Assembly: GCF_018977255.1 (NCBI RefSeq)
Contig: NW_024704743.1
Coordinates: 54,686,001 to 54,750,000 of the forward strand
Direction of reading: 5' to 3'
From: Callorhinchus milii
Taxonomy: Eukaryota
Length of the DNA: 64,000 nt
A model generated the notes under the pieces. The model made no database searches. It was given only the letters and a program-made list of their open reading frames with translations, and was not told the origin of the DNA. Positions 25,651 through 39,949 of the stretch are shown here, in pieces (positions within the stretch are counted from its first letter, which is position 1; every line of letters starts with the position of its first letter). Made by a program: the position numbers and the translations under genes.

Positions 25651-27029
25651 GGTATTTCTCCACTGCCGTTGTAATTCTCCTATGAATTCCTAGTGTTTTT
25701 AATCCTGCTCTTCTCTATCCCTCAATTCCTATGGATTCAAAGATGTCAGGGATCTTTTTCTCCATCCCAGTCAAACGTTTCTTCAGTGCCAGTGGCTTAA
25801 TACCTTAACAATGTCCTTTTGACCTTTGTGAATTTAATTTTTTCCCACAAGCCTTTCCAAGTGGTTGATTCTGTTTCAACTATACTTTAGTACTGAACAA
25901 CACTTGGAAACATTAACTCTTCAGCTCTCATCACAGTTCTATACGTATTGTCTTCATTTCAGCATTAATACTGATATGGCCAAATAAAATCTCTCAATAT
26001 TGGTAGAGCTGTTGGACGGGAGTAAATCACACTGGTTTGGAGAAACACAACTGTGGACTCCATATTGCTCAGTTCCCACCCGACATGTTCAATGTCACAT
26101 CTTTTGCAGTGTTAGTTTACATTCCCATCTGTGAAAGGACTAATTCTGACTGCACCTTCCTCCTCCTCCTCCTCCTCTCAGCTCAACTCCACCTCAATCT
26201 TTGTAAAGTGCTTTGAGACATTCTCCCTATGTAAAATTCCCAATGTAAGACTGTTGTGAAGCACTTTAAAATGTGTTGTTTATGTGCTAAGGAGTTATAT
26301 CAAATGCAAGGATTATTATTAACATTGAAGGTCCTTGATGCCCACAAGTCCATTTATCCTAAATAAATTGCTAGACTCTTTGCTAATCTCAGAAAAAAAA
26401 TGCCACATATTATACCCAACTCAATTACATCATCTGCCCTTTTTGTACAGCTACTTCCTCTAAATTAGCAGAATTCAGTTTTCAGTGACAGCTCTTTCCA
26501 TGAGAATCTATCAGATGAGGAATGCATGACAGAAATTTACTCAGAAAAATGATCTGTGAGTACACATTATACTTCCTTAAATGGCCATTAGCATTGATCG
26601 TCTTTATAATAGCTGCAAGTTCCAACAATATTTGCTTTTAATCCTGTAGGGTGGAAAACAAGATTACATTTTCATGACACTGCTTTGAGCAAGAAAGAAC
26701 TCAGGCTCACAAAAGTAACCAAACTGGCTTTGAAATTGGCAGGCGAGGGAGGAAGGGATCCTGAAAGAACAAAGTTCCTTTGTTGGAACTCAATCTGAAG
26801 GGAGAGTGTCCAACAGTTCAGGTTCATGTGCAGATCAAAATGTATTTTATGCTTAACAGATGGAATTTTATGATGGCAAAGAACCCCTGTCCCATTCACT
26901 ATATATTCCTAGCCTTCCCTCCCTCTAGTTCCCTCCTCACTTGCCCCCAAGGCTCTGGAAAAGCACTGATTGCATGTAACCCAAGGCCATAATATTAGCA
27001 TTTTATGAGTGACTCACTGTTAAAACTAA

Positions 27030-27172
27030 TTTTTTCAGTGTTTGACACATTCTGAAGCCCATCGTCACACGTTGGAGCATGCAAGACAAATTACTGAGAG
27101 TTCCACATATACAGAGAAATTCCCCTTTGTCTGGAATGGAACGTACACCCTCTCTCCCTGGAGCACACCCCC
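27030..27172 (-). repeat. Unclassified interspersed repeat, 3' fragment
   Basis: Reverse complement contains ccattccagaca..gtggaactctcagt..atgtgtcaaacactg-A run, as in 61960-62100. Confidence 0.65.
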
Positions 27173-27477
27173 ATACACGTAATGGTGCCTCTGCAAACAG
27201 TGTCTGGCAATCTTCTGGCTGCTTGTTCAGCTAGGCCTACCTTACCTGTTGGAGTTTTACACAAGAAATACAATACAAATTTACATTTATATAGTGCCTT
27301 TCACATTGGAAAGGTGTCCCAAAATGTTTAACAGTACTAGCTGGGTACCCGAAAAGAAAATTGACTTTTTAAATAACTGCCAGGCAGGGTAATGGTTAGA
27401 GCATGATAACTAATGTCAATGCCCTGGATTATGGAAGTAAACAAGCCATAGTTTCCACTCATGATTCATACACATCA

Positions 27478-27800
27478 ACTAGTTCAGTTGGTAGCACTCT
27501 TTCCTCTGAGTCAAATGGTTGTGGGTTCAAGTTCCATGTCGTGACTTGGGACTCATATAATCTCCAATGAAGTGCTGGGGTGAGCTGCATTGTTGGAGAT
27601 GCCGACCTTTGGATGAGATGTTAAACTGAAGTCCTGTCTACTTGTTCAAGTGGATGCTCAAGATCCCATGGCACTATTCAAAAAGAGAATGGTGTTTCTT
27701 ATGGTGTGCTGGCCAACAGCCCCCTCAATAAAATTGTTCATTCACTTCATGGCTGTTTGTGAAAAATTGTTTGCCACATTCACCCACAAAATACATTCAC
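27478..27800 (+). mobile_element. Old Deu-type SINE
   Basis: ttcagttggtagcactctttcctctgagtcaaatggttgtgggttcaag..gatcccatggcactattcaaaaagag. Confidence 0.85.
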
Positions 27801-27804
27801 TACC

Positions 27805-28090
27805 AGAGGGTGCGTTTCTTAGAGGTACAGGCTACAGGGGGGGGATAGAAGCTGAGTGTGAAGAAGGAAAGACCAGACCTCATAGAGAGAGAAAAATATT
27901 GGTTCATCCTGTTCCCTCTGACCGAAATATCAGTCACTAACCAGTTCGGGGACAAGAGACAAATGGGTAGACAAGCCCTTACCTTCTGAGGAGCACGCGA
28001 ACATGGTATGTTCTAGAAAGATGGTGGAGTGCGGGATTTCAATTTCCAAAGGGGGCCACAGAGTGAAACGGTTTGAAAACCATTGCTGTA
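27805..28090. mobile_element. Possible hAT (Charlie-like) non-autonomous relic
   Basis: Ends gggggccac..ggtttgaaaaccattg, resembling the reverse complement of a CAGTGGTTTTCAAAC-type TIR. Left TIR not identified. Confidence 0.4.
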
Positions 28091-30224
28091 GAAATGTAAG
28101 AATATCCTGTGAAAAGTTTTGACATTTCCTCCTGAGATGTAACACGTTATACCTAATGTGAGGATCATTGTTATATCCAGTACAGTGTATACGAGAAAAG
28201 TATAATATACAAGAAAAGTGTACTTGTTGGATGAGGGCAGCAGTGGGCTTAGCTGTGTTCCTCTTCCCCACCCCCCCAGCCAGTTTGACTCGGACATGAA
28301 TAATAATCATTTTGGTGAGGTCTGAGAAAATGACTGGAACTTTTAGACAAGTGGGGTCTAAAAAAATGTTTCTAAACATTTCCCATAATTTGGATAATTG
28401 AAGGCTTTGCCAATACTCAGATTTTAATGATTATCTATCAACCCTGACTTGGGTAAATATTGCATCATCACAGGATAATGTAAGCCAATTTCTGGATAGG
28501 AGATTTTGAAGCTTTTCACTCTAAGACTTTTTTATTACAAAACTCAGGTTAAAAGCAAGAAGTGTCTTTGAACCACAGCATTTCTGCCTCATGCATGTTA
28601 ATAAAGCATAATCCTGTAACTTGCTGCTGTTATGATTTGATGGCTGTTTTTGGTAACTCTTGTGTTCTGTATGTACAGACTCTGCTTGACTTCTCTTCTG
28701 ATCTGAAGCGAGAGTGACTCAGCTTTACAGGAAGTTGCTTTCATGATCCAAGCAGTATTTATCTTCCAGCAATATTGATTCTTAAGCTCTAAATCCTATC
28801 TCAAATGAAACCCACATCCCTCATCTGTCTCCATTGGTAGAATAGTGTGATGTGCATCAGAAATAAATACTGTGCTTCCCCATTACTGGTAAGTATGCAT
28901 CTGATAATCTTACAACTGCAAGGCTGGCTTTTATTGGAATTCATGCAGTGAAGAACCACTTGTAAATAAATTGCTCCGTGTTTAATATTCAAGACCTTTA
29001 AAGTTGATGATTTGGGAAAATAGATTTTGACCTCAATGACATATTTCTCCATGTTATGATCCCCAAGCATAAGAATGCATTTCTGCATTTGAATGATAAC
29101 ATTTGACTCAATTTCAACTGATGTTTTATGACCTCTAGTTTTTCAGTGTTCCAGAGAGATTCCCATCTCTAATGATCAGTGACTCTTTTACCGCTTCTCT
29201 GCATCAGGTTCCAGACTGAAAAATAAATGCATCAAACATACATGATAATCAAATAGACTTTGACATTGCAAATGTATAATCTAAAACAGCTGCCAATACT
29301 AAACAAATCTCTGAGTTTACAAAACAAAACTGAGTACTGTATATGGATCATCTAATTCTATAATCACTTCACTGTAAATGTTGAAATTAATAATGATTAT
29401 TATTTTAATTAATAATAATAAAATAATATTTTAATCTAATAGCACAAAAGTTACCGATTTGTGTCTGTTCAAATCGCAAAGGTTTTCAATCTATTTGCAT
29501 ATACATTTGTATAATGAAGAGACATGCCAAATTACATAGACTAAATAATTTTTTCTGATTTTCTCAGGATCATCAATAAAAGCTCACGTTCGAGATTCTA
29601 GACAATATCTCTGTATGCAAAGCAAACAATGTGTGAAAACAGTGGAGCTTTGATTATCCACCAATTTCAGGTTCCATTTTTGAGGATTCACTTCTGAAAG
29701 ACTTGCACTATAACCATCATCAATGCACAAAATAATAAACATACATTGGTATTTTTGGAACAGCAGAGGCAGCACAACAGTGACATAATATTATGGAGAA
29801 ATGTCTTGTTCTATCAAAAGCTGCTACACTTAATTAACTTCTTAAAGTATTGCAGTGAGTACTTGTTGACTCAACCAAACATCACGCTGCAGAAATTGGG
29901 GTTAAATTAAAAGGAGAAATCTATTGTGTTTATACATAAATTATGAAAGTGTAGAGTTAAAATGGCTTAACATGAAATATCATATTCTCAAAAAGAGGGA
30001 ATTACTTAAATTTTTTTCAAAAATCAATAATTTAAATTCTATGGAATATATTCTTTTATCAATGACAAAACACCCTCATAAATTCATTTAATATACGAAA
30101 GACTTCATGTGACCAACTAGCTCTGAGATACTACCCTGCTTGAAGGGTGCTACATAAATGCAAATTGTTGTTGTAGTGACTATCTTATGGGGAGGGGGCG
30201 GGGGGTAATTTGGGACCTGAGGTG

Positions 30225-30660
30225 GCATGACTGGCAATGGCATATTGGAATCGAGTTGGTCCTCTGTAGCAGCATTCGTAGTCCAGTTACTGAGCCAGGA
30301 TTCCTGGTCACTGTTGATTATAAACCAGCCAGCCAGGCTTGTCAGCAAGACTTGGCGAGGTGGGCCAATTATTGGGGGCAGGGGTTCTTAATGAGTGAGG
30401 TGGTCCTAGCTGGATGAATGGTAGGAAGCTTGTCAGACAGTGTTCACAATGGCAAGATGCACAATTTTAACTCCAGCAGTTGTTAGTCTCGCCAATTTGT
30501 GCTTAATACGTTCTAATTTTCATTCGGATTAGATGAGCAGGATTATTCTTCAGGGGAAGGAGCACAATACACATGTGGAACTCTCAGTTGTTTGATGTGA
30601 ATACTTTTAAACATAGCAATGGGTTTCCAGGTGTCAGTTACTTGGCTGACGAAAACAAAA
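30225..30660 (+). repeat. Unclassified interspersed repeat
   Basis: gtggtcctagctggat..gaagcttgtcagacagtg..gtggaactctcagt..gggtttcc..gctgacgaaaacaaaa, shared with 61535-62100. Confidence 0.75.
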
Positions 30661-31905
30661 GTAAAGACTTCTTTATATAATCTTAAAGGGCCAATTTCAA
30701 TTAATTCAAACTTAGCTGTATCTCTATAAAAAAAGTGGGAATGTAATATAAATATTACACATTTTTAATCTGTTTCTTAAAAAACAGGTTTATCAATTTA
30801 TTATTTTATCTGAGCAAGGCTGTATAGTTAGTTACTTTAATTGGATTGTATTATGATGTGATTGATGGATCTTGTAATCTGACACTGAAAAGTATTGATT
30901 TCTCTTTAGTTTAAGTGGGAGTTTTACGCAAAATAAAATACTTATGAATATATGAGTGTAAGAACAGAAAGCAAGTGCGAGAGATACAGAATGTGTACCC
31001 ACACTTTAACACCTTTCTGTCGTATGTTCTGAAGACATGAAGAGTATTATAAGATATGTACAATCTCAAAGGTATACTGAAATAACTTGAAAGCTAGTGT
31101 TCCAGACTTGCCTGCAGTGCTCAAGGAGTTAAATTCCAGAGAGACGTGCTATCTGTAAAAGCAGAAAATAATTATTTTATATGATGGTAAAGGTTTGCAA
31201 ATTACAGTATATCATTTAGTGACTACAAATCAGTTTCATTGAAAAAGAAATGTGTTCAAGTCTATATAAAATATACCAAATTTGAAGAGAGAAACTACAC
31301 TGTAGCTGGTGTTGCTTTGCCCACTGGACATTTTCCTTTTTGCCCTTCACAAGTTTATTTTATGAAGCATTGATTGCTGCCTATTAATCTGGGTTTCACA
31401 TATCAACAAGCTTTCTAAGTAAGATTCAGTGAAAGGTGGCATGCTGTTTAGCACTGGGTGCATTGAAGAGCTAATCTAACTGGTCAATCATTAGTAATGT
31501 CCTTGGAGGACTGCAGATATTGCTCAGGTATCAGATCACCAGACTGAGCTGCACTCACCCTGTGTGCTTGGTATGCCCCAGTTTATCTTGATTAATGTTG
31601 CTCTACCCGTCCACCAGGGGTAATTGGGCCTCAGTAACTTACTCAAAGCCAGACAGTGAATTCCCAGCACTATTTAAGAAAAATAATTTTAAATTAAATT
31701 ACCATAATTTAAAAGCTGATGCTTGTAAATATTGATTGTGCTGGCTATTGGTATATGACTGATACGATCAGGTATGAAAAAGCCTATCTGTGTAAAGTAG
31801 TTCACAGAGAAGTGGTTATTCAATGTGAATCCCTGAATTAGAGATTATACTACAAAGCCACCAGAAGGGAAGAAATAAACAGATGAGCAATGTAGGCTAG
31901 GTGCT

Positions 31906-32077
31906 AACATAACATAACATGTAGGAGCAGGAGTAGGCCATTCGGCCCTTCGAGCCTGCCCCGCCATTCAATCATGGCTGATCTTCTAATCTAACTCCAG
32001 CTAATACCATAACCCTGCCTTATCCCCATATCTCTTAATCCCTTTTGCAATAAGAAATATATCTATCTCAGTCTTGC
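31906..32077 (-). mobile_element. CR1 3' end
   Basis: (aacat)n then ggagcaggagtaggccattcggcccttcgagcctgccccgccattcaatcatggctgatc, the reverse complement of a shark-type CR1 3' UTR/tail. Confidence 0.85.
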
Positions 32078-33239
32078 TCAACTATTTATGGATTTATTCC
32101 AAAATTCAAGGATTGTTGTCACTAGTAAGTTTAGTCTGACACTACTTCCCTCCAAATGCTCTGCGTTTACAGATGAATACTGATGTCCAGGTTCTGAAAT
32201 GGATTTCACAAAGAGAACAAATGTGTTTCACAATAGGGTTTGAAACACGGTTTGAGAGTGTTAGAAAGAAGTCATCATTAAATCTACCTGCATACCTACA
32301 TTTTGGACTACAATACAATTTGAGGTGAAACATCGCTTTTCACCTCGGGAGGACATCTCAAAGCACTTCACAATGCCACTGGGCATGTGATCTGGGAGCG
32401 GGAACGGGGGAGGGGAAAGATGACATGGTCAAAGTGGTATGTTTTGAGATGAGCCTTGAATGAGGGGAGGGTGGATGCAATTTGAAGAGGTTCCAGGGAG
32501 CAGGGGTAGAATGATTGAAAGCCCCCCACCAATGGAGAGGGAATAAAGCAGGAAAGAATGAGTGTGCAATGAAAATCAAACTATTTCCCAAAACCATCAT
32601 TACAAACTGAATAATACTTTTAAAATAACACTATTGTGAACATTTCAAAATACCAAAATACCAAGATTTTCAAAATTTTAAACTAAACATCTACAGAAAC
32701 CACAGATTTACTTAAAACCTAATTCTGGAGAATGATTAGATCTACTTCTGCCTTGAACTATTATAGATCACATTTTTTAAGCACAAGTATTTTTATTTTA
32801 GCTCAATTAAAAAATGAGAAAAATAAAAATTACCCTTGTAATTTTTCTTCTTACTTAATGTTGGAATTTCACTAAAGTAGACTAATTTACCACTGGGATT
32901 GCAACATATTGGGATTATCTGAGAATCATTTGCTTCCTGATAATGTGGAAATAGCTGTGCTGCTTATTTGCTTTAAATGTACTGTCATACACTGGTTCAC
33001 TCAAAAGACACAAGAACAAGTTTGTTTTGTAGCATGGTGGATTTTTTCTCATAAAGGTTGTCAATAATGAAAAAAGAATAAAATAATTATTTTACAGGTA
33101 ATTACTACCAAGTGTAATGACTATTTTTATAACCAACACAGAAGCACAACAAGATCCCATTGAGGTCTGTTTCCATGTCATATGAAGCTATGTAACTCTG
33201 TCAAGTTAGGGAAGGCCATCAGCCCAAGTCATGTTTTAT

Positions 33240-33850
33240 TTGTCAACCCATCACCGTGCTTAACAGTATCCAAACCAAGCTAAGATTTCCATGTATCCCA
33301 CCTACACACAAGGAAATCCCAGAGATAGATTGTTAAAGAATGGAATGGGCACTCTCTCCCTAGAAGGATGCATCCTGCTTCACTTATTCCGAAAAGTATA
33401 AGGTGCAGGTTGGCAAGAGCCAAGTCCTGGGGACCCCAGAGGGTGCGTTGGGGTACTGATGGAGTCTAGCCAGCTAAACCACATAGCTTGCCATTGATAT
33501 AGCTGTCTGGCAAGCTTGCCCGCTGATTATCCAGCTAGGACCAACAACAACAACTAACATTTATATAGCGCTCTTCAAACAGGGTAGTGTCCCGGACCAC
33601 CCTACCCATTAGGGCTTTGGCTTGCAGAGTTAACAGGAGCTGAGTGGGATGACTCCCTGCCCCCAGTGACTGATCTGCCCTTCCTGGTCCTGCTGATGAG
33701 CCAGGATGGCTGTGCAGTCATCAGCAGTGGCCTGAAATACTGCAGACCTGCCTGGTACAGGAACCAGACTACTGAGACCACCACAGAGGGTTCTGACATT
33801 CCATTGCCAGGCATATCACGTTGGAACCAGCTACGTCCAGTGCTCGAATC
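33240..33850 (-). repeat. Unclassified interspersed repeat, long copy, with a ~50 bp L2 tail nested at 33544-33593
   Basis: Reverse complement is collinear with 61535-62100. The L2 tail is flanked by GGACCA at 33538-33543 and 33594-33599. Confidence 0.8.
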
Positions 33851-36619
33851 TAAGTAATTGGCCTGTAGAGAGAACAGCAGCTGCTGCTTGAACTCCTCAG
33901 CTCCAACTTGTGGAACCCTTGGGAAGGGATGTGTGCCCAGCTGTGGACAGAAAGATGGTGGCAATGTTCTATTTCGTACTGAGATACATTGCTCACCAAT
34001 AAGCTCACAGGGAATTCCTTGAACCTATCATCCACCTTGTGAGGCTCAAACCCGTTCTTGTTGAAATCACGGGTTGAATATTTTTGAGCACCTGAAGTGA
34101 CCGTGTGCAAGGGAAAATGTAATGTGTTACCTTGTTATGTGAAAAACATTGGCATTTCTCCATGCGCTTCGCTGCATTTGTTTTTTTTTCAGATTCTGAT
34201 ACAACTACAGCTGATGAGCTGTACACACTCAGCCCCCTACACCTCCTCAACAGAGAAGGGCAGCACTGTATTAGGATACTTTACAGTGAAAACTATTGGT
34301 AACTAAGCAAGGCAAATTGGTGACTTGACTATCTCCAATGTCACCTTGCACAATAAATAGAATTTCTCCACTTCCCCCTCATAACCACATATAAACCACC
34401 ATGCTGTGTATTTGTCCAGTATAAACCAGAAACCCTGCCTGAAGGCCATTTCTGCAATGAGGTAATTGATCTCACTATGTTTCTGTGATTCACTATCACT
34501 GACATCCATTGTTTCCTCAGTTGTGTTGAGACCTTCTTTTCGCCAATTAAGGTGTTTTCCCATTACAAGTATTCCACACCCTTCCTCACCTTTGCCAGTT
34601 GTTATCCGAAGTTACTATTTGAGTAAGTACAAGTAGAACAGCATGATCCGTATGAGGGTAAAGGAGCACTGTAAAAAAAGGCTGGTTGGAACTTTTAGCT
34701 GGTTTAGGGAATAAAATATCTGTGCCAAATGAGAAATCGGGTAGGAGATTCCCACAGGAGCCTTGTAACAGCAGCTGAGAAGAACAAATGTACACTGTAA
34801 TTGCTCCTGAAATTTAGGACTTTTGATGAACTACTGTACTGATTATTTTATAACTAAAGTGGAGATGTCTCCTCTTCAAATCCTTCCATGATCTTAATCA
34901 CCATATCTAAGCAATTTCTCCAAACTTGCATTCCTAAACCTGTACTAATCACTTTCATCCCTCCTCTATTGCTCATTCATTCAATTCAACTCTCAGTGGC
35001 CAAATGCCTATGCCTCTACCAATGCCTCTGTTCTCTTGTACTCTCTTTTAAAACAAATTTGCCATCTCTCTCCCTTGCCTTCAGAAACACCTCTTAGAAA
35101 AATGCATTTTTGTCACACCCTAGCTAAGTATATTTTAATCACTAATTTCTCTCATTTGATCATTATATTTTTGTCAACATTCTGATGTGGTCTTTTATTT
35201 GGAGGGTGCTAGACAGTATAAATACAAATTGGTGAAGTTTCTTTAAAGCGTTTCAGTATTGCTTATTAATAAGTTATGAAGAGTTGAAGAGCCAATAATT
35301 GGTTCCACCTATTCTGTTTGTAGCAAGACAGAGAAAACTCTTTTTCACAGAATCACAAAAAACACTTCATTTCTCTTTTACTCGAAGGTTATGGACTTTA
35401 TGGGACTCCCAAGAGATACTGCACTTACAGAACTTTGCAAGAAGATTGGCTCATGAGCCTCCTCTAGTGCTTGGGCAGAGTCAATGCAGGCATATTTGTG
35501 GTTATCATTTCTTCCCAACATCTTAAGTATTAAGCTGTTTCCACACACGTTTTGCCATGCAATACGACACATGGATCTTGTGTTTCAGCTACCTTTTAAT
35601 TGATGCAAATTTAATTATATACGTTTATAAATCATTTTAACTTTGTGTTTGGTGGTGATTAGCAGGAAATCTTCATTGCAAACTATGACAAATTTAATTG
35701 TGGTCTTGGATTGGATCAGTACACCCACAGTGAATAGAATATTATTGCTGTTATGGTAACACAAAATAACATGGATGCCTTATAGTGCTTGAATCACCAA
35801 CTTTTGCCAAGTCCAAAACTAATGTTAACAAGTAAGACTGCAGCCTTTTATTGAATAAGTCTCAAATAAGTCCCTGTGGATCATGTGTAAAATGTGGTAA
35901 AGAAATATGAATCTTATTTCTTAGCAGTATAGTTGCTTGAGCATTTCAGAATACAATAAAATATACTTTGAAGGTTAAGTGGAGGTAGCATTCTCCCCAT
36001 TTCTGTGCTTTGTATCCAAACGTGAGAAAAAAATGAAAATACCCCTTTCTGAGACTGGGAAAGGATTCTAAATAGAATTTGTGTTTCTTTTGCATGTAGA
36101 GTTTCCACCTGGTCAGTTCCTCAGTGTCACAATTCCATCCTCCTTTCCTTTTCCCCCCATGTAGATCAGGCATCCATGTTCTGTATTTACCAGAAGGATA
36201 ACTCGGGATACCAAATGGAGAAGGTAATGAAGAATATAAGGTGTGACTAAAGGGAAAATGGTTTAAGTAGGCAAAGGAAGAGCAGTTCATAGACACGACT
36301 GAGGCAAAAGGGTATCAATGTTCAAAGACAGGTGACTCTAACCTATTGGTGGCTTTCCTCTGTTCTGAACCCCCACCCCCAGTAAAAACGATTTATCTGT
36401 ATCTTAAAAGAGAACAAAGGGCATGAACATTGAGATACGAAAGTCAGGTCAAATTGCCACTTTAAGCACTACAGTTGAGTGCTCATGTATAGCTTCAGTA
36501 AGAAAATAGTAATAATGTAAAGAAGATTTCAATCAAGTGTAAATATTTGTCTGGGTATGGGTGATTCCACAATGTATCATGGAATAAACTATTTTCAGAA
36601 TTGAGGTTCAATCATGCAA

Positions 36620-36930
36620 ATGCTGGAGAGGTGCTGCATTGTCAGAGGTGCTGGTCTAATGTTTCATCTGAACAGCACTGGATAAGACGTTAAACCAAGG
36701 TCCCATCTGTCTGTTCAGGCGGACATTAAAGATCGCATGCCACTACTTGAAAAGAGAAGGGAGTATTTCCCAGTGGCCTAGCCATCAACAACAACTTCCA
36801 TTTCTATTCACATTGGGTAGCATCTCGGCCCTAAATTAAAAAAGGCATTTCTCTTTGTGGGATATTGCTGTGGCAGATTAGCTCCCATGTTCAGTTTAGC
36901 TGCAAATTCAATCATTACACTTTACAGTAA
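36620..36930 (+). mobile_element. Old Deu-type SINE fragment
   Basis: gtgctgcattgtcagaggtgct..gacgttaaaccaagg..aaagatcgcatgccactacttgaaaagagaaggg. Confidence 0.8.
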
Positions 36931-36934
36931 AATC

Positions 36935-37985
36935 ACAGCAGCAACAACAAAATTACATTTGTATAGCACCTTTCATATTGGGAGGACGTACCAAGGCACT
37001 GGACAATCAGTGTTTCGGACCTGAGCTGGGGGTCAGGATCAGGGATGGTGGAGAGCAGGGAGGAAGGCACAGTTGAAGAGGAGGGTCTTGAGACGGGTCT
37101 TGAAGGAGTCAAGGGAGGAGACAAGACGAAGGGAGTGTGGGATGCAGTTCCAGAGGATGGGGACAGAGTGGCAGAAGGCCTGCCCGTCAATAGTGCGGCC
37201 GGCGAGGCAGGGGACATGAAGCAGGACGGAGCCCGCTGAGTGGAGAGAGCGAGCAGGATGGTAGGGGGTTAGATAGTCACAGAGGTAGTGGGGAGCAAAA
37301 CCATGGAGGGTTTTGAAGGTGAGGACCAGGATCTTGAACTGTATCCTCTGTGTGATGCGAAGCCAGTGGAGTCGGGCAAGGATGGGGATGATAGGGTCGC
37401 GGAACCTAGTGCGGGAGAGTACATGGGCTGCTGAGTTCTGGATGATCTGCAGTCCATGGAGGGCAGAGTTGGGGAGGCCAACAAGCGGGGAGTTTGCATA
37501 GGCGATGTTATGAATGCATGTATGAGGGTTTCGGAGGCCTGCGGTGTGAGAGTGGCAGAGCTGGTCGATGTTGCGGAAGTGGGGGAAGGCAGAGCGGGAT
37601 ATGGCATGGCTGTGGGGTAGAAAGGATAGTTGAGGGTCAAACGACACCCCAAGGTTCTGGACTGGCTTAGTAAGGTGGAGTGAGCACCATGGACGGTGAT
37701 GCTGTCAGCGCCTGAGGTGTGGAGGCACTGACGGGAGCCAATCAGGAAAGCCTCGGTCTTGTTGACGTTCAACTGGAGAAAGTTAGCTCTCATCCAGGAC
37801 TTGATGTCTGACAGACATTCTGTCAGGACAGCAGTTGTCCTGGAGTCAAGGGTGGAGGCATCCGCATATATGTGGAAATTGACCCCATGTCTGCTGATGA
37901 TGTCACCAAGAGGGAGCATATAGATATTGAAAAGGAGGGGACCAAGGACAGAGCCCTGAGGAACGCTGCAAGAGTCGGCGAGGAC
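36935..37985 (-). mobile_element. L2 3' fragment (~1 kb; RT core to tail), frameshifted
   Basis: [59 protein letters not shown]; tail at 36935-37000. Confidence 0.93.
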
Positions 37986-37999
37986 AACATGATTTCGGT

Positions 38000-38240
38000 A
38001 GTGTCGGGGTGTGCTGTATTGTCAGAGATGCTATCCTTTGGATGAGGTTGTTCAAGTGGACAATAACTAACTCAAAGCACTATTTCAAAAAGACAAGGCA
38101 GTTTCTCCTGGTATTCTGGCCAACAATCCTGCAGTTAAAATTGGTCATTCACTCAAGGCTGTTTGTGGGTAATGTTGTAGGCAGACTGGCTGCCATGTTC
38201 GCCTACAAAAACACGGTCACTGCACTTTACAGTAATTTCT
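38000..38240 (+). mobile_element. Old Deu-type SINE fragment
   Basis: gtgctgtattgtcagagatgc..gcactatttcaaaaag..ggctgtttgtggg. Confidence 0.75.
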
Positions 38241-38329
38241 GTATATCCCAATTCTCCATCCACCCACTTCACTCAGCTGGCTTCACGCCCCTTAAGGCCC
38301 CTGCCCCACCTTAGGCAGCCAAGCCTTTC

Positions 38330-39228
38330 AACCACTTCACCTCTTGAACTCCCTGATGTAATTCTTTACTGGCAATCTGTTCCAGCCGTTAATTACCCTT
38401 TGGGTAAAGAAAAAATTCCTGGTGTCTGACCTGAGATTGCCCTTTGCAACCTGAGATTGCCCTTTAAACCTATCTCATCTTTTTCTATTACCTTGGTGCA
38501 TCCTAAAGTGTCGTTATTTTTCAATCCCAATTGAAATTTTATATAGCTTAATAAGGTCCCTTGCGAGATATTTTCTCTTAAAATGAAATAGCCCTAACTT
38601 GCCTAATTGTTGCTCATAGCTCGTTCCTCTAACATCGGTCATCATCTTTGTTCTCCTCTGAACTGCCTCTGGGGCCTGTACACTTCCATTATATCACAGA
38701 CAATAGACCTATCTGCAGAATGTCTGGTGAGGCCTGACCACAGCACTGTACAGCTTGAGTATGACGTCTGGGGATCTAAATTCAACTGATTTTGCAATAT
38801 AGCCCAGCATCCTGTTTGCCTTATTTGTTGCTGACGTAGTGAACCATGAGTGAACTAACACCCCAAGATCTCTTTCAGCTTCCCTCTTGGCAAGTTTAAA
38901 CCCATCCCATGAAGTACATGTTACTTTCTTACTTCCTGTTTCTACCGTATTTCACAGTAATCAGCCCATATATATACTTTATCAGGTTCTCTTTGTAAAA
39001 ACTTTGTTACTTCATCTGATTCCAGTTTCCCCATGGAATGTCATCTGTAAATGTAAGTACTTTCCCTTTCTGGGTCTGTGTATTCAGGTCATTAATGAAT
39101 ACAATGAACAGGAGGGCTCTTATTATACACCCCTGAGGTACCTCACTTAAAACCATCCCTCATTTTGACCTGGCTCCCCTAACAAAAACCCTCTGCTTCC
39201 TTCCCTTCAGCCAATTCTGAATCCAAAA
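38330..39228 (-). mobile_element. CR1 ORF2 RT fragment, degenerate
   Basis: Minus translation WIQNWLKGRKQRVFVRG..VPQG..LLFIVFINDL (~39230-39085) and RNFFFTQRVINGWNRLP (~38420-38370). Confidence 0.85.
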
Positions 39229-39625
39229 TGAAGCACTTTGAGATGTTTCGATGTGATGAGGTGCTATATGAAGTGCAAGAATCATTATTATTATTATAAC
39301 TTAAATAAGTAAATGCAATCATTAAAATAAAACACCCATATCAAACAGCAATTTCCGCTATAGTTTATCAGTATATTATTAGCTTTGTTACTCTTACTAC
39401 TCCTGTTATAGCATTACTAATTATCATTAGAATTATGTCAACGTTTCCAAATTATAAACAAAAAAAACTCTCTTGTAATAATTTTACAACAACTTGCATT
39501 TATAGAGCACCTTTCATGCAGGGTAGCATCCCAGAGCGTTTACAGTGGTGAGGCCTGATGCTGAGCCGGGTGGAGGTGGAGGTGCACATAGGCATTGTTG
39601 ACGAGGTAAATCTTGAGGCATATAT

Positions 39626-39946
39626 AATAATAATCTAATAATAATCCTTGCATTTAATATAGTGCTTTTCACGTCTTCAAGATGTCTCAAAGCGCTTCAC
39701 AGAATATATTGTAAAGTGAATTGACTGTATATTTTGTGGGTGAAACACGGCAGCCAATTGTGCGCAGCAGTGTCCCACAAACAGTGGTGGATTGAGTGAC
39801 CAAATTATTATTGTTTTTTTTTTCTTGAGGGTTTATTATCAAGCGTGTGGAGTAAGAAAACTTGCCCAAGGTTTCACCCTGCCAGGAATTGAATCCAGGT
39901 CTCTCACTTAAGAGGCGAGTGTTCTAGCCACTGAGCTACAGGACTC
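39626..39946 (-). mobile_element. Young-family SINE, near full length, more diverged
   Basis: Reverse complement of head gagtcctgtagctcagtggctagaac through the tail. Confidence 0.9.
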
Positions 39947-39949
39947 AGA

